Shown in pieces: positions 54,743 through 63,906 of a DNA stretch of 64,000 nucleotides. Origin of the DNA: a bacterium. Lineage in GTDB: Bacteria > Bdellovibrionota_C > UBA2361 > CALJRW01. The notes beneath the pieces were generated by a model. It made no database searches. It worked only from the letters and a program-made list of their open reading frames with translations, and had not been told where the DNA came from. Made by a program: the position numbers and the translations under genes. Each line of letters begins with the position of its first letter. The stretch's first letter is position 1. The stretch spans positions 38,427-102,426 of the forward strand of contig JANNBC010000009.1 of the NCBI GenBank assembly GCA_031385045.1. Direction: 5' to 3'.

Positions 54743-56950
54743 ATGGATATTAATACTGCAACCAGAGAAATAATGTGGAACGTTTCGCACGTCTCCAATA
54801 CAATCATAATGTATGCCATTTTCGTTTTATCCCTAATAATTGGATTTAATGGTGTTTTTAGACAGATTGAACTTTGGCAGTCTGGCAAACCTGCTCCAGA
54901 GAATACAGGCAATTACTGGCAAAGGTTTCAGGATCTATTTCGCTGGAGCTTCTTACAGCACGGTGTTGTGAAGGAAAAATCAATTGCAGTTGCTCATACT
55001 CTTGTTTATTTAGGCTTTTTAGCACTGCTATTTACGACAACAATGGTCTTTATTGACCATGATCTTGGTTGGATTTGGGATGGTTTTAAAATATATGATG
55101 GAAAATTCTATCTAGGCGTGACAATCATGAGTGACGTGCTGGGATTAGGATTAATCCTTGGCTGTGCCATGATTGCTAAGAGACGATATTTTGACTTGCC
55201 AGATCAATTACATAATCGAATTGCTGATTACTTCTTTCTGATCACACTGGTGCTACTTTGTGTGCAAGGCTTTCTAGTTGAAGGCTTAAGAATTCATGCT
55301 ACTAACGATCCTTGGGCTATCTACTCACCAGTTGGCTTTATGGTAGCTAAATTCTTTTGGTTTTTATCAGAACCAGCAACGCGTGGAGTTCACTTTGGAC
55401 TTTGGTGGTTTCACACCTTAACTGTCTTTACAGTTGTGGCAATTACTCCCTACACTAAATTCTTTCACATTATTGCTAGCTCCATTAATCTCTACTTTCG
55501 ATCTAACGGACGCCCTAAGGGAGCGCTTAAAAATATTGGTGACTTAGAAAAGTTGATGGAAGAAGCAACTGATGATTTCAACTTAGGCACGGACTCAATT
55601 AAAGATTATAGCTGGAAGCAACTAATGGATTTAGATGCTTGTACCAGTTGTGGCCGATGTCAGAATGTTTGCCCAGCCTATAATGCCGGCAAACCACTCT
55701 CCCCCAAATGGTTAATCTTAGATACCAGAAACCATGCCCTAGCACTAAATGCTAACGATCAACTAGCTCCATCGCTTGTTCCCAAATTTTTTAGAAATAT
55801 TGATAAATTCTTAACAACAGAATTCTTCTTAAAATCTTCTGGTGTCCGCGAAGAGAATAATCAACTTGTCGCTGATGGTGCTTACCGCGGGGCTAATAAA
55901 GCCGTACAAAGTTCACTTTGGTCTTTAGGTCAAAGTGCTGATCAATCAATTGCTGGTTCAGTCATGGATCCAAATGTTTTCTGGTCTTGCACAACTTGCT
56001 ATGCCTGCGTTACAGCTTGTCCCGTCGGAATCAATCATGTCGATCAGATTGTCTCCAATCGTAGGAACTTGGTGATGATGAAAGGTGAACTTCCAAGTGA
56101 AGCCCAAGCAAGTCTGCGGATGCTGGAATCACAAGGAAATCCCTACGGGCCAGCCGAAGATCGTAGTAAGTGGTATAACGACCTAGACTTACCAATTGTT
56201 ACTGCTGGAGACGAAGTTGATTATCTCTATTGGGTGGGCTGCGTGTCCGCTTTTGATCCACGAAAACAAAAGATTGCTCGCTCGCTTGTTAAGATTATGC
56301 AAACAGCCGGACTGTCCTTTGGAATTCTTGGAAACGCCGAAGGATGTACTGGAGATCCTGCTCGACGTTTAGGCGAAGAAAATCTTTTTCAAACTATGGC
56401 TAAGAGTAATATCGAAACTCTAAAGGCAGTAAAATTTAAAACATTAGTGGCTAATTGCCCCCACTGTTTTAATACAATTAAAAATGAGTATCCACAGTTT
56501 GGTAACTTAGGAGATGGAAGAGAACCAGAAATAATTCACCATTCTAAGTTAATTAAAAAATTAATTGCTGAAGAAAAAATCAAACTAGATCCTAGTGCCG
56601 AATCTTATACCTTTCATGACCCCTGCTATCTTGGGCGTTATAATGATGAATATGATGCCCCAAGAGAAGTTGTCCAAAAATCTTCTAAACTAAAAGTTCT
56701 GGAAATGGATGATAACCGTGAGAAAGGCAAATGTTGCGGAGCTGGTGGTGGACACTTTTGGATGGATCTAAAACAAGGCGAACGAATCAACGTCCAACGC
56801 GTGGCCCAAGCCCAAGCAACTGGTGCAGATAAAATTGCTACTGGTTGCCCATTTTGCTTACAGATGATGGAAGATGGAGTGAAGATTAATTCGGCAGAGA
56901 TGGAGGTTCAGGATTTAGCTGAAATTGTGGCAGAACAACTGATAAAATGA
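54743..56950 (+). CDS. Membrane-bound Fe-S oxidoreductase (FadF/HdrD-like)
   Basis: TM N-domain; CTSCGRCQNVCP and CTTCYACVTACP 4Fe-4S motifs; CCG domains (HDPCY, CCGAGGG, CPFC). Confidence 0.92.
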   Translation: MDINTATREIMWNVSHVSNTIIMYAIFVLSLIIGFNGVFRQIELWQSGKPAPENTGNYWQRFQDLFRWSFLQHGVVKEKSIAVAHTLVYLGFLALLFTTTMVFIDHDLGWIWDGFKIYDGKFYLGVTIMSDVLGLGLILGCAMIAKRRYFDLPDQLHNRIADYFFLITLVLLCVQGFLVEGLRIHATNDPWAIYSPVGFMVAKFFWFLSEPATRGVHFGLWWFHTLTVFTVVAITPYTKFFHIIASSINLYFRSNGRPKGALKNIGDLEKLMEEATDDFNLGTDSIKDYSWKQLMDLDACTSCGRCQNVCPAYNAGKPLSPKWLILDTRNHALALNANDQLAPSLVPKFFRNIDKFLTTEFFLKSSGVREENNQLVADGAYRGANKAVQSSLWSLGQSADQSIAGSVMDPNVFWSCTTCYACVTACPVGINHVDQIVSNRRNLVMMKGELPSEAQASLRMLESQGNPYGPAEDRSKWYNDLDLPIVTAGDEVDYLYWVGCVSAFDPRKQKIARSLVKIMQTAGLSFGILGNAEGCTGDPARRLGEENLFQTMAKSNIETLKAVKFKTLVANCPHCFNTIKNEYPQFGNLGDGREPEIIHHSKLIKKLIAEEKIKLDPSAESYTFHDPCYLGRYNDEYDAPREVVQKSSKLKVLEMDDNREKGKCCGAGGGHFWMDLKQGERINVQRVAQAQATGADKIATGCPFCLQMMEDGVKINSAEMEVQDLAEIVAEQLIK
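56730..56922 (+). repeat. Direct repeat copy 1 (3' end of the Fe-S oxidoreductase gene)
   Basis: 193 bp, ungapped alignment to 57734-57926, about 21 mismatches by hand count. Confidence 0.95.
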
Positions 56951-56994
56951 GCTAACTAAGGAAGTTACTTATAGGCCTCCATGTTTGAAAAGGA

Positions 56995-57294
56995 TTAGGC
57001 AACCCTAACTTGAACTTCTTGCGTTAGCTTATCTCCTAACTTATCTTTCTCTATTTCTAAATCATACCAAGCTTGAAGGTTAATCCAATATTTTTCTGAT
57101 AAATTAAAGTATCTAGCAAGTCTTAGCGCAGTATTAGCGGTCACAGCTCGTTGACCTTTTATAATTTCATTAATTCGCCTAGCAGGGACATTAATGTCTT
57201 TTGCTAATCTATATTGAGTTACGCCAAGAGGCTCTAGGAATTCTTTATTCAAAATTTCACCTGGATGGATTGGTTTAAGTTTCTTTTTATTCAT
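56995..57294 (-). CDS. higA: HigA-family antitoxin (Xre HTH)
   Basis: PIHPGEIL..EFL, RRINEI, TALRLARYF, WINLQ..YDL. Confidence 0.95.
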   Translation of the reverse strand: MNKKKLKPIHPGEILNKEFLEPLGVTQYRLAKDINVPARRINEIIKGQRAVTANTALRLARYFNLSEKYWINLQAWYDLEIEKDKLGDKLTQEVQVRVA

Positions 57295-57309
57295 TTTTAT
57301 TCTTTTAAA

Positions 57310-57589
57310 TTAATGATAATCAACAATTTCTACTTGATAGGCATTTAAATCTTTCCATCTAAAACAAACCCTCCACTTACTATTAATTCGAATACTAAAC
57401 TGGCCCAACCTAATCTCCTTTTAATTTTTCCAAACGATTACCAGGAGGGTTACGTAAATCTTCCAAGGATTCTGCAACATGAATCATCACCAGTTTTCGA
57501 AGCGCTAAACTTTCAATAGCCTTGAACTTCTTGGAAGTTTGCCGATCAAATAACCCGCCCGTTTCCAAGCAACGAAAGTTTTTAATCAT
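57310..57589 (-). pseudogene. higB: HigB-family toxin with a 1-nt insertion frameshift near 57412
   Basis: GGAG RBS; MIKNF...LEDLRNPPGNRLEKLKGD, then in the shifted frame RLGQFSIRINSKWRVCFRW...EIVDYH*. Confidence 0.9.
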
Positions 57590-57605
57590 TTAAGATCTCC
57601 CTACT

Positions 57606-57640
57606 ATAATAACGCACTGCGTTACTAACGTCAAGCGTTA
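57606..57640 (-). promoter_or_regulatory. higBA promoter with two overlapping palindromic operators
   Basis: TTGACG-17 nt-TATTAT on the minus strand; TAACG-N5-CGTTA at 57610-57624 and 57626-57640. Confidence 0.8.
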
Positions 57641-57733
57641 CTATTAAAGTAAAGATATATAATCGAAATTTAATTATAAAAGTTTCAGACGACTACAAAA
57701 TTCAGGCTTTTATTGGGATTGGAGTTACTAAAT

Positions 57734-57926
57734 AATGTTGCGTAGCTGGTGGCAGACACTTTTGGACGGATCTAAAACAAGGCGACCGAATTAACGTCCA
57801 ACGTGTGGACTAAGCCCAAGCAACTGAAGCAGATGAAATTGCTACCGGTTGCCCATTTTGTTTGAAGATGATGGAAGATGGAGTTAAAATTAATTCTGCT
57901 GAGATGGAGGTTCAAGATTTAGCTGA
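57734..57926 (+). pseudogene. Direct repeat copy 2: decayed duplicate of the Fe-S oxidoreductase 3' end
   Basis: About 89% identical to 56730-56922; CAA>TAA stop at 57811. Confidence 0.92.
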
Positions 57927-58953
57927 GGATGTCCTTTTCTTGCAAAATATTGATAGAATTTTGATAATCGGCCAATGTTTGAATTACGTCTTCCCATTTG
58001 GGAGGTTCATTAAAGAACATCTCGCGCATTTTACCATAATCATCTCTCATAAAACCTAGTACTGGCTTTGCAGGTATCAGCCTTAAGCATTTTTCAGCTT
58101 CTAAATAATTAGCCCAAGAAGATCTAAAATAAATATTTTTATACTCAGCAACTCTTTTTAGAAGTGTGAGGTCTGAGCTAATTTTATCAAAATAATCTGA
58201 ATTGATAATGGTATAAAGATCATAATAATGTCGTGACTGCCTAAGGCTTACTTGCTTATCTTTAGGAAAATTAGCATACATATGTAAGATCGTCGCTTTC
58301 TCCCAAAACGTCCGAGCAATATCCAAGACCCTAATTAAATCTTTAGATCTTTCAAAATCTAAAGCTTCTCCTAAGTAGGAATCAACCGAACTCTCGATTG
58401 TTGGCCAATGCTCTCCGCGACAGCCAAACTCTAATTTAATTGAACTTAGTATGTAAGCTGAACTTTTCAGAGCAGAGGCTCCTTGAGGGTAAATAAAAGT
58501 TAAAGTTTGAAGATCGATATCTGAAGTGTCAAGCTCAAGACTCCAATCTTGATCGACTAGAATCTTCTTTATTTCTAAATTCAACTTCGCTAGCAGAACA
58601 TCCGTCACGTACTCCTGACATTTAGCTGACATGCCAGCAATTAACAATTTTCTTTGTTTGCGACTAGTCACCTGCTCTGGATCGTTAGAGCCAGTAAAGC
58701 CAAAAAAACTTTTATCAATCGAAATATCAACATCTTCCGAAAAGCGATTAATGACTCGATAGACCTTAGATAAAGAAGTTCCCCCCTTAAATGTTATTGC
58801 CGTGGAAAGCTCTGGTATCTTAAATAGAACACCCAATATAAAACAAACCCAAAAATCTTTTTCAACAATTTGAACAGGTAAATTTATTTTTTCCGATGCT
58901 ATCAAAAAATACTGATATCTTTCCTCAGTTGTTTTCTGAATGATACGATCCAT
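57919..58953 (-). CDS. AbiEii/AbiGii-family nucleotidyltransferase toxin (type IV TA)
   Basis: EKDFWV, FKGGTSLSK, RFSEDVD, RTFWEK, SRHYYD; TAA-G-ATG coupling to abiEi. Confidence 0.92.
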   Translation of the reverse strand: MDRIIQKTTEERYQYFLIASEKINLPVQIVEKDFWVCFILGVLFKIPELSTAITFKGGTSLSKVYRVINRFSEDVDISIDKSFFGFTGSNDPEQVTSRKQRKLLIAGMSAKCQEYVTDVLLAKLNLEIKKILVDQDWSLELDTSDIDLQTLTFIYPQGASALKSSAYILSSIKLEFGCRGEHWPTIESSVDSYLGEALDFERSKDLIRVLDIARTFWEKATILHMYANFPKDKQVSLRQSRHYYDLYTIINSDYFDKISSDLTLLKRVAEYKNIYFRSSWANYLEAEKCLRLIPAKPVLGFMRDDYGKMREMFFNEPPKWEDVIQTLADYQNSINILQEKDILS

Positions 58954-58954
58954 C

Positions 58955-59551
58955 TTAATTAACAATTTCCTGTATTACTTTTGCTACCCAAACAGGTGCT
59001 TTATGCTGGTCTAAAGACAATCTCGCTAAATCTTTCTCAGATAAAGTTTTTTTAATTTGATTAACTATTTCTCTGCTCATACTATCCTTCCCTAGATAAC
59101 GAATCGCCTGAATTACTAATCCTGAAATTGAATTATAATTCTGCATGCTACTTGGGGCTGATTTTTTAAAAAGAAGTACCCTTCCACCAATATTAATTTT
59201 CTTACTTATACCATCAGTAAGGTAAACGATCTTTGCTGGAACTTGTTGACTTAACCCTAAAAGATTTGCAGCAAATGCTCCTGAAGGCTGAATCTTAATC
59301 GCATATTTTTTGGCGATTGCTTGAGCAATCTTATCAATTTCGGGCGGAAGCACCCCAAGCTCTAAGTGTTCTAACGGATAATCATAAATTCCAGTTGTTA
59401 AGCGACGAATGAGTCCTTTTTGGGTTAATGTTGAAAGTGCTTTTCTGATACTCGAACTACTTCCAAGACCATTAAAATCACTTGGAGTGAAGACCCAACC
59501 CCTCCCCTTGCCAAATATCCTACTTTTTATAGCGTTTTCAGTATGTTGCAT
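58955..59551 (-). CDS. AbiEi-type antitoxin (DUF6088-like)
   Basis: VFTPSDF, IRR...GIY, AANLLGLSQQVP...YLTDG; likely start MQHTE. Confidence 0.88.
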   Translation of the reverse strand: MQHTENAIKSRIFGKGRGWVFTPSDFNGLGSSSSIRKALSTLTQKGLIRRLTTGIYDYPLEHLELGVLPPEIDKIAQAIAKKYAIKIQPSGAFAANLLGLSQQVPAKIVYLTDGISKKINIGGRVLLFKKSAPSSMQNYNSISGLVIQAIRYLGKDSMSREIVNQIKKTLSEKDLARLSLDQHKAPVWVAKVIQEIVN

Positions 59552-59572
59552 TAGGCTGTGTACATGTTTGTA

Positions 59573-59600
59573 TTCACAAATATATACCATTTTTTGTGAA
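59573..59600. promoter_or_regulatory. Inverted repeat upstream of abiEi (probable autoregulatory operator)
   Basis: TTCACAAA-N12-TTTGTGAA. Confidence 0.55.
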
Positions 59601-59631
59601 AAAATAATAACTAATTTTTGACATAATCTTG

Positions 59632-59668
59632 ATTAATCAGATATAAGCGAAGCTTATATCTGATTAAT
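59632..59668. repeat. Perfect 17-bp palindrome with a GC-GAA-GC apex
   Basis: ATTAATCAGATATAAGC-GAA-GCTTATATCTGATTAAT. Confidence 0.9.
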
Positions 59669-59779
59669 GAAAATGCTCATTTGCTACTGAAGAACCCCTT
59701 GAAACTCAGTCCTTCGAACAACCCCCTAATCATCTTTGTTGCTTATTGTCTTGCATTAAGCCGATTGTAATCTCTATTT

Positions 59780-60319
59780 CTAGGCCAATTCTTTTCTCTC
59801 ACGCTTTAACTTTCTTTTTGCTAAAAGCAAGCTTTCTAAACCATTCAATGCTTTTTGATGCTCTGCACTTGAGTCAATCGTCGAATTAATGAGATTAGTA
59901 AAAGTTTGCCTTTGAACATCACTTAAGTCTGGAAGATCAAGAGAACTTTTTGCATGCCCCATTTCTTGAAGTGATTTATTAAGCAATGCAGTACGAATAT
60001 TTATCAACGCATTAATTTCTTGTGAATCAGCGGAATCTTCTTGTACATCTATCCCTCTTCGCAATTCTTCGACTTGAAGCTCAAAGTCTTTTTTCTGATA
60101 TTTTAAGGATAGCCATATCGAGGCAAATGCTAATGCACTAAAAAGACAATTTACAACTCCAAAAGAATCTCCAAATTGCCCAAGCTTTGCGACTTCAGTA
60201 GGACCAATTGAAGTAAGATAAATGATGTAAGCTAATAATAACCACACAACAATCACTATTCCATAAACAAACCACACCTCATGTTTCCTTATCTCATATG
60301 ATGATTTTGTTTTTGACAT
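59780..60319 (-). CDS. Two-TM plus coiled-coil protein, defence-island associated
   Basis: GQFGDSFGVVNCLFSALAF...Q...ELQ pattern between and after two TM helices. Confidence 0.7.
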   Translation of the reverse strand: MSKTKSSYEIRKHEVWFVYGIVIVVWLLLAYIIYLTSIGPTEVAKLGQFGDSFGVVNCLFSALAFASIWLSLKYQKKDFELQVEELRRGIDVQEDSADSQEINALINIRTALLNKSLQEMGHAKSSLDLPDLSDVQRQTFTNLINSTIDSSAEHQKALNGLESLLLAKRKLKRERKELA

Positions 60320-60340
60320 AAATGTTTAATAAAAATAGAG

Positions 60341-60567
60341 CTAAATCTTACTTAACTCCCCAGCAATCATCTCTGCCTGCCGAAGCACAGTCTCCTTCGC
60401 TAACAACTGCATATCTGGCGGATAACCAAACTGTCTCAAAGTCCTTTTAATAATAACTTTTAACTTAGCCTTAACGCTCTCCTTGATAGTCCAATCAATA
60501 CTGGCATCGCCCGGACTTGTTCTGTTAAAACAACTGCTAACTCTCGTAATTTGTCTTGTTGCATTAA
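60341..60567 (-). pseudogene. hsdR: Remnant of the type I restriction subunit R C-terminus (DUF3387-like), frameshifted
   Basis: LMQQDKLRELAVVLTEQVRA / frameshift near 60507 / ASIDWTIKESVKAKLKVIIKRTLRQFGYPPDMQ...VLRQAE. Confidence 0.85.
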
Positions 60568-60589
60568 CGATCACGACTGGATCTGGCAA

Positions 60590-61348
60590 TTACACCGCAG
60601 GCATCTCTCTCAAGATTTCCCCTTTTATCATACAACCACCTTTTGCATGATAAGGACTATCTTTGTGAATAGTAGGATCTTCTTGGTTGATATTAAATTC
60701 CTTCTTACCCCACTGCTTGAAAAAGAATTTTACCTTTTGTTTCTTACAGGCTTTATTAATATTTTCGATCCATTCCATTTTAATTGGTCTGGCACCTGGA
60801 CCTGACTCACCACCAACGATAGCCCAGTCAATTTTTTTCAAGTTAACCTTACCAACGTTACCAATTAATGGTTCAAATGAAATAAACTTAATATTGGCTG
60901 GCGTTTCTCTTAAATCATCGATCCTAAAGGTGACTTTATCATTCTCTACGGACACTCCCATCCAAATATTATCTGTCCAATTTAACTGCTCAGCAATTTC
61001 TTTTAATCGCTCAGAGCGCTTAGTTAAGATCTGGTAAGTATGCTGTGGAGTCTCATTCATTACTTTAAAAACTTTTTTTAAATAAGTAATAGGGACATCC
61101 TTATGAAATAAATCGCTCATGGAATTAACAAAAACTAATTTTGGTTTCTTCCAGTTATAAGGCATTGTCAAAGTTTGCGGAGCAAGTGTTAATCTAAAAC
61201 CATCTTTATATTGCTCGACACCCATTGCCTTAAGCCGTTTTGCCATTACTTCGGCATAGCAAAATTTACAACCAGCCGAGACCTTGTTACAACCAGTAAC
61301 TGGATTCCAAGTTAATTCAGTCCATTCTATCGTTGATTTTGTTGCCAT
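60590..61348 (-). CDS. DUF5131 (phage Gp37/Gp68) three-Cys, radical-SAM-like protein
   Basis: IEWT..TWNPVTGC-x6-C-x2-CYA, FVNSMSDLFH, LTKR, GGESG, FFKQWG. Confidence 0.93.
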   Translation of the reverse strand: MATKSTIEWTELTWNPVTGCNKVSAGCKFCYAEVMAKRLKAMGVEQYKDGFRLTLAPQTLTMPYNWKKPKLVFVNSMSDLFHKDVPITYLKKVFKVMNETPQHTYQILTKRSERLKEIAEQLNWTDNIWMGVSVENDKVTFRIDDLRETPANIKFISFEPLIGNVGKVNLKKIDWAIVGGESGPGARPIKMEWIENINKACKKQKVKFFFKQWGKKEFNINQEDPTIHKDSPYHAKGGCMIKGEILREMPAV

Positions 61349-62244
61349 TTTTTTATGATTTGATTTGCTAATTTTTTTGCTAAATTACCAGCCTTTTCAC
61401 TTTTGTTACTCGCAACAAAACAAAATGAAAACAACAAGCTATTCTTAGAGTTTGTCATACGATAAGTATTCTGCGCAACCCATGGAAATATTATTCTTAG
61501 CCTATCAAGATAATATTTTTCTATAGTATTAAAATCCGCCAATTTCACCTGCCTTTCATCTCCCGAAAACAAACTACTTTGGCTGCTTGGCGTATAAAAT
61601 TTATCTTTCCAATCTTCAGTGCCAAAAAAATCATTTAAAATATTCAAATGATCCAACGGTATTTCATTTCTGGTTTGAAGTAATCTATTAATTGCCATAA
61701 GCGGGGTTAATAGCCAGAGATCTACAACTCCAGTTTTTGCAATATTCTCTAGGGTTTGCCACTTAATTTGCATCGCATACGGATCGAGAAACATGACACA
61801 TCTCAAGCTTTTACTTTTCGAAAGTCGATCGCAAAGCTTTATAACTTGTTCATTACAATCTCCCGGGACTATCCGAATTAAATTTCGCTTTTCTGGATAA
61901 GAATGAATTAGCTCTTCTAGCTTATCAACGTTTGATGCCTTTTTTTCTATGAAGACATACTCATCAAACCCAGGATCAATTCCCAAGACAACTTTGGCAG
62001 ATCCCTCAATTAACCGCTCATAGTTCTCATCTTTAAAATCATCAAAAAAACTTAATTGAGATTCAGAACTGATATCAATTTTGGATATTGGCTGTTGGAT
62101 ATATCCAGAGCCAGCAAAACCATCTACATATATTTTTCTAAATGGTTGATTTTTTAATGCCAAGAGATAAGCATTAAGATACGCACGTAAAATTTGTAAC
62201 TTTTCCGAGGTCCATTGTGAGCCAAATTGATTATAACTATTCAT
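61327..62244 (-). CDS. tcmP: Three-Cys-motif partner protein (methyltransferase-like)
   Basis: WTSEKL.IL..YL, YVDGFAGSG, GS, GDCN, FLDPY; overlaps the DUF5131 start by 22 nt; likely start MNSYN. Confidence 0.88.
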   Translation of the reverse strand: MNSYNQFGSQWTSEKLQILRAYLNAYLLALKNQPFRKIYVDGFAGSGYIQQPISKIDISSESQLSFFDDFKDENYERLIEGSAKVVLGIDPGFDEYVFIEKKASNVDKLEELIHSYPEKRNLIRIVPGDCNEQVIKLCDRLSKSKSLRCVMFLDPYAMQIKWQTLENIAKTGVVDLWLLTPLMAINRLLQTRNEIPLDHLNILNDFFGTEDWKDKFYTPSSQSSLFSGDERQVKLADFNTIEKYYLDRLRIIFPWVAQNTYRMTNSKNSLLFSFCFVASNKSEKAGNLAKKLANQIIKKWQQNQR

Positions 62245-62670
62245 ATTGCCAACTAGTTCTACTATGCTTTTATATAGAAATATACTAGATTTAGCAATAC
62301 GGCGTAGCCGCGTGTTTATAAGCACGGACTAAGGCTGCTTTAATTAAGAATTTCACAACTGGGTTTGCTGGCAACATTATTCCCTCCTCCACGCTAAGGG
62401 TTACGAAGTAGACTTGGTTGTTTAGGATTACCTTTCGCAGACGGGGCATGGATTAATCTAAAAATAGTTTAGATTATTATCGAGAGTTAGAGATTAAAGT
62501 TGCTTCAATTTAGAATAAAGTTGGGTGGCACAAGATGAAAAGATGAAAGCTATCCAAAATCTGATACAGAAGTTAAACTCAAATTAAGACAATATATACA
62601 AGGCTACGCAATACAAGATTACCAATAATCTTAATGACGCATCCAATTTCAGTTAAAGTTAAATACTAGT

Positions 62671-63906
62671 ATGAAGTTTGCCGCACAAAAAAAGTTTTTA
62701 ACATTAGAGGCTTTCATTTTTGGATATGTAGCCTATGGTTTATGGATCGCAACAAAATGGACAGTAGATGATGCTTATATTATTTTCCGCTATGCAAAAA
62801 ACTTAGTTGAAGCTCAAAAGTTTACCTACAATGTAGGAGAGGACCCTGTTGAGGGATATACGGGCGTTTTGCTGCCAGTACTAATCGCCCTAGGCATGCG
62901 GTTTAATTTTAATCCAGTGAACCTATCACAGACAATTGGTGTTTGTTCATATCTTATCCTAATAATTACATTTTACAAGGCAAGCTTAAAAATTTCAGCA
63001 CAGTCAAAAGCTCTATCCTTAGTGTTTTTAACATGCTTTATTGTAATGGGAATTTTTTACACTCATGCTTATAGTGGTTTAGAAACCACACTTTACAGTG
63101 CATTGCTAATATTATCATTCTTGCAAATATTTAATATTTATCAACAGAAATCAACTCTTCACGACCATTCACTACTCGCAATGACTCTTTTATTTTTAAG
63201 TCTGACTCGTCCTGAAGGTGCTTTCTTTTCTTTAATTATTGCCTTCATAATATCAATTAGTATAATTCTCAAAGAGAAAAAGATTAAATTTGGATTAATC
63301 TATTTATTGATATTTGCCTTGCCTGGAGGCATATATTTTATTTGGCGTTTCAGATACTACGGATATTTTTTACCAAATACCTTTTATGTAAAATCAGACT
63401 CAGGCTTTTCTTGGGATTCATTTTTTTCATTGAGTGAATTTATTTACAAGTATTTCTTATGCCTAATTATTGCCTTAATTTTGGCAGTGGCACTTACTGA
63501 GAAGTACTATACTCGAATCCTAATGGAAGGCCGTGCTGAGTATCTACATAGGAAATATCTATACTCATTTGGGATAACAATATTATCTACCCTGATTATC
63601 ATTGGATTTTATTTAAATTCCAATTTAACAATGAATTATTCCTATAGATTTTTTGCACCTTATACCTTTTTGTTTTTACTAATGTTATTATGGGCAAGCC
63701 TTCCATTTCTAAAAGTACTCCCGTTACTAAGGTCAGAAGATCCAAAACGATATTTTCTCATAAAAATCATTCCTCCAATTTTTCTGATTGGGCACATTCT
63801 ATATCAAATCAATAACTATCATCAGAACGAAATAACTTTTATGAGGAAAGAACAGGTAACTGATCTTCGCCATTATTCTGGACAGAAATTCCTATTAAAA
63901 GACTAA
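62671..63906 (+). pseudogene. GT-C-type membrane glycosyltransferase-like gene, truncated by an IS at 63861
   Basis: DDAYIIFRYA, VEGYT, SGLET, TRPEG, PNTFYVK, RFFAP; last 15 or so codons lie inside the IS end. Confidence 0.7.

Noticed and set aside
56730..57926. Repeat pair as a DGR template/variable region
   Set aside because: Differences are not adenine-specific, many are synonymous, and no reverse transcriptase is in the window
57862..58059. 65-aa plus-strand ORF
   Set aside because: Chimera of the duplicated gene end and the antisense strand of abiEii
62245..62590. Possible attC-like site or decayed DUF559-like gene at the island edge
   Set aside because: Only an imperfect hairpin (about 62304-62338) and a fragmentary peptide resemblance needing several frameshifts; no repeated attC or integrase; not supportable without a search
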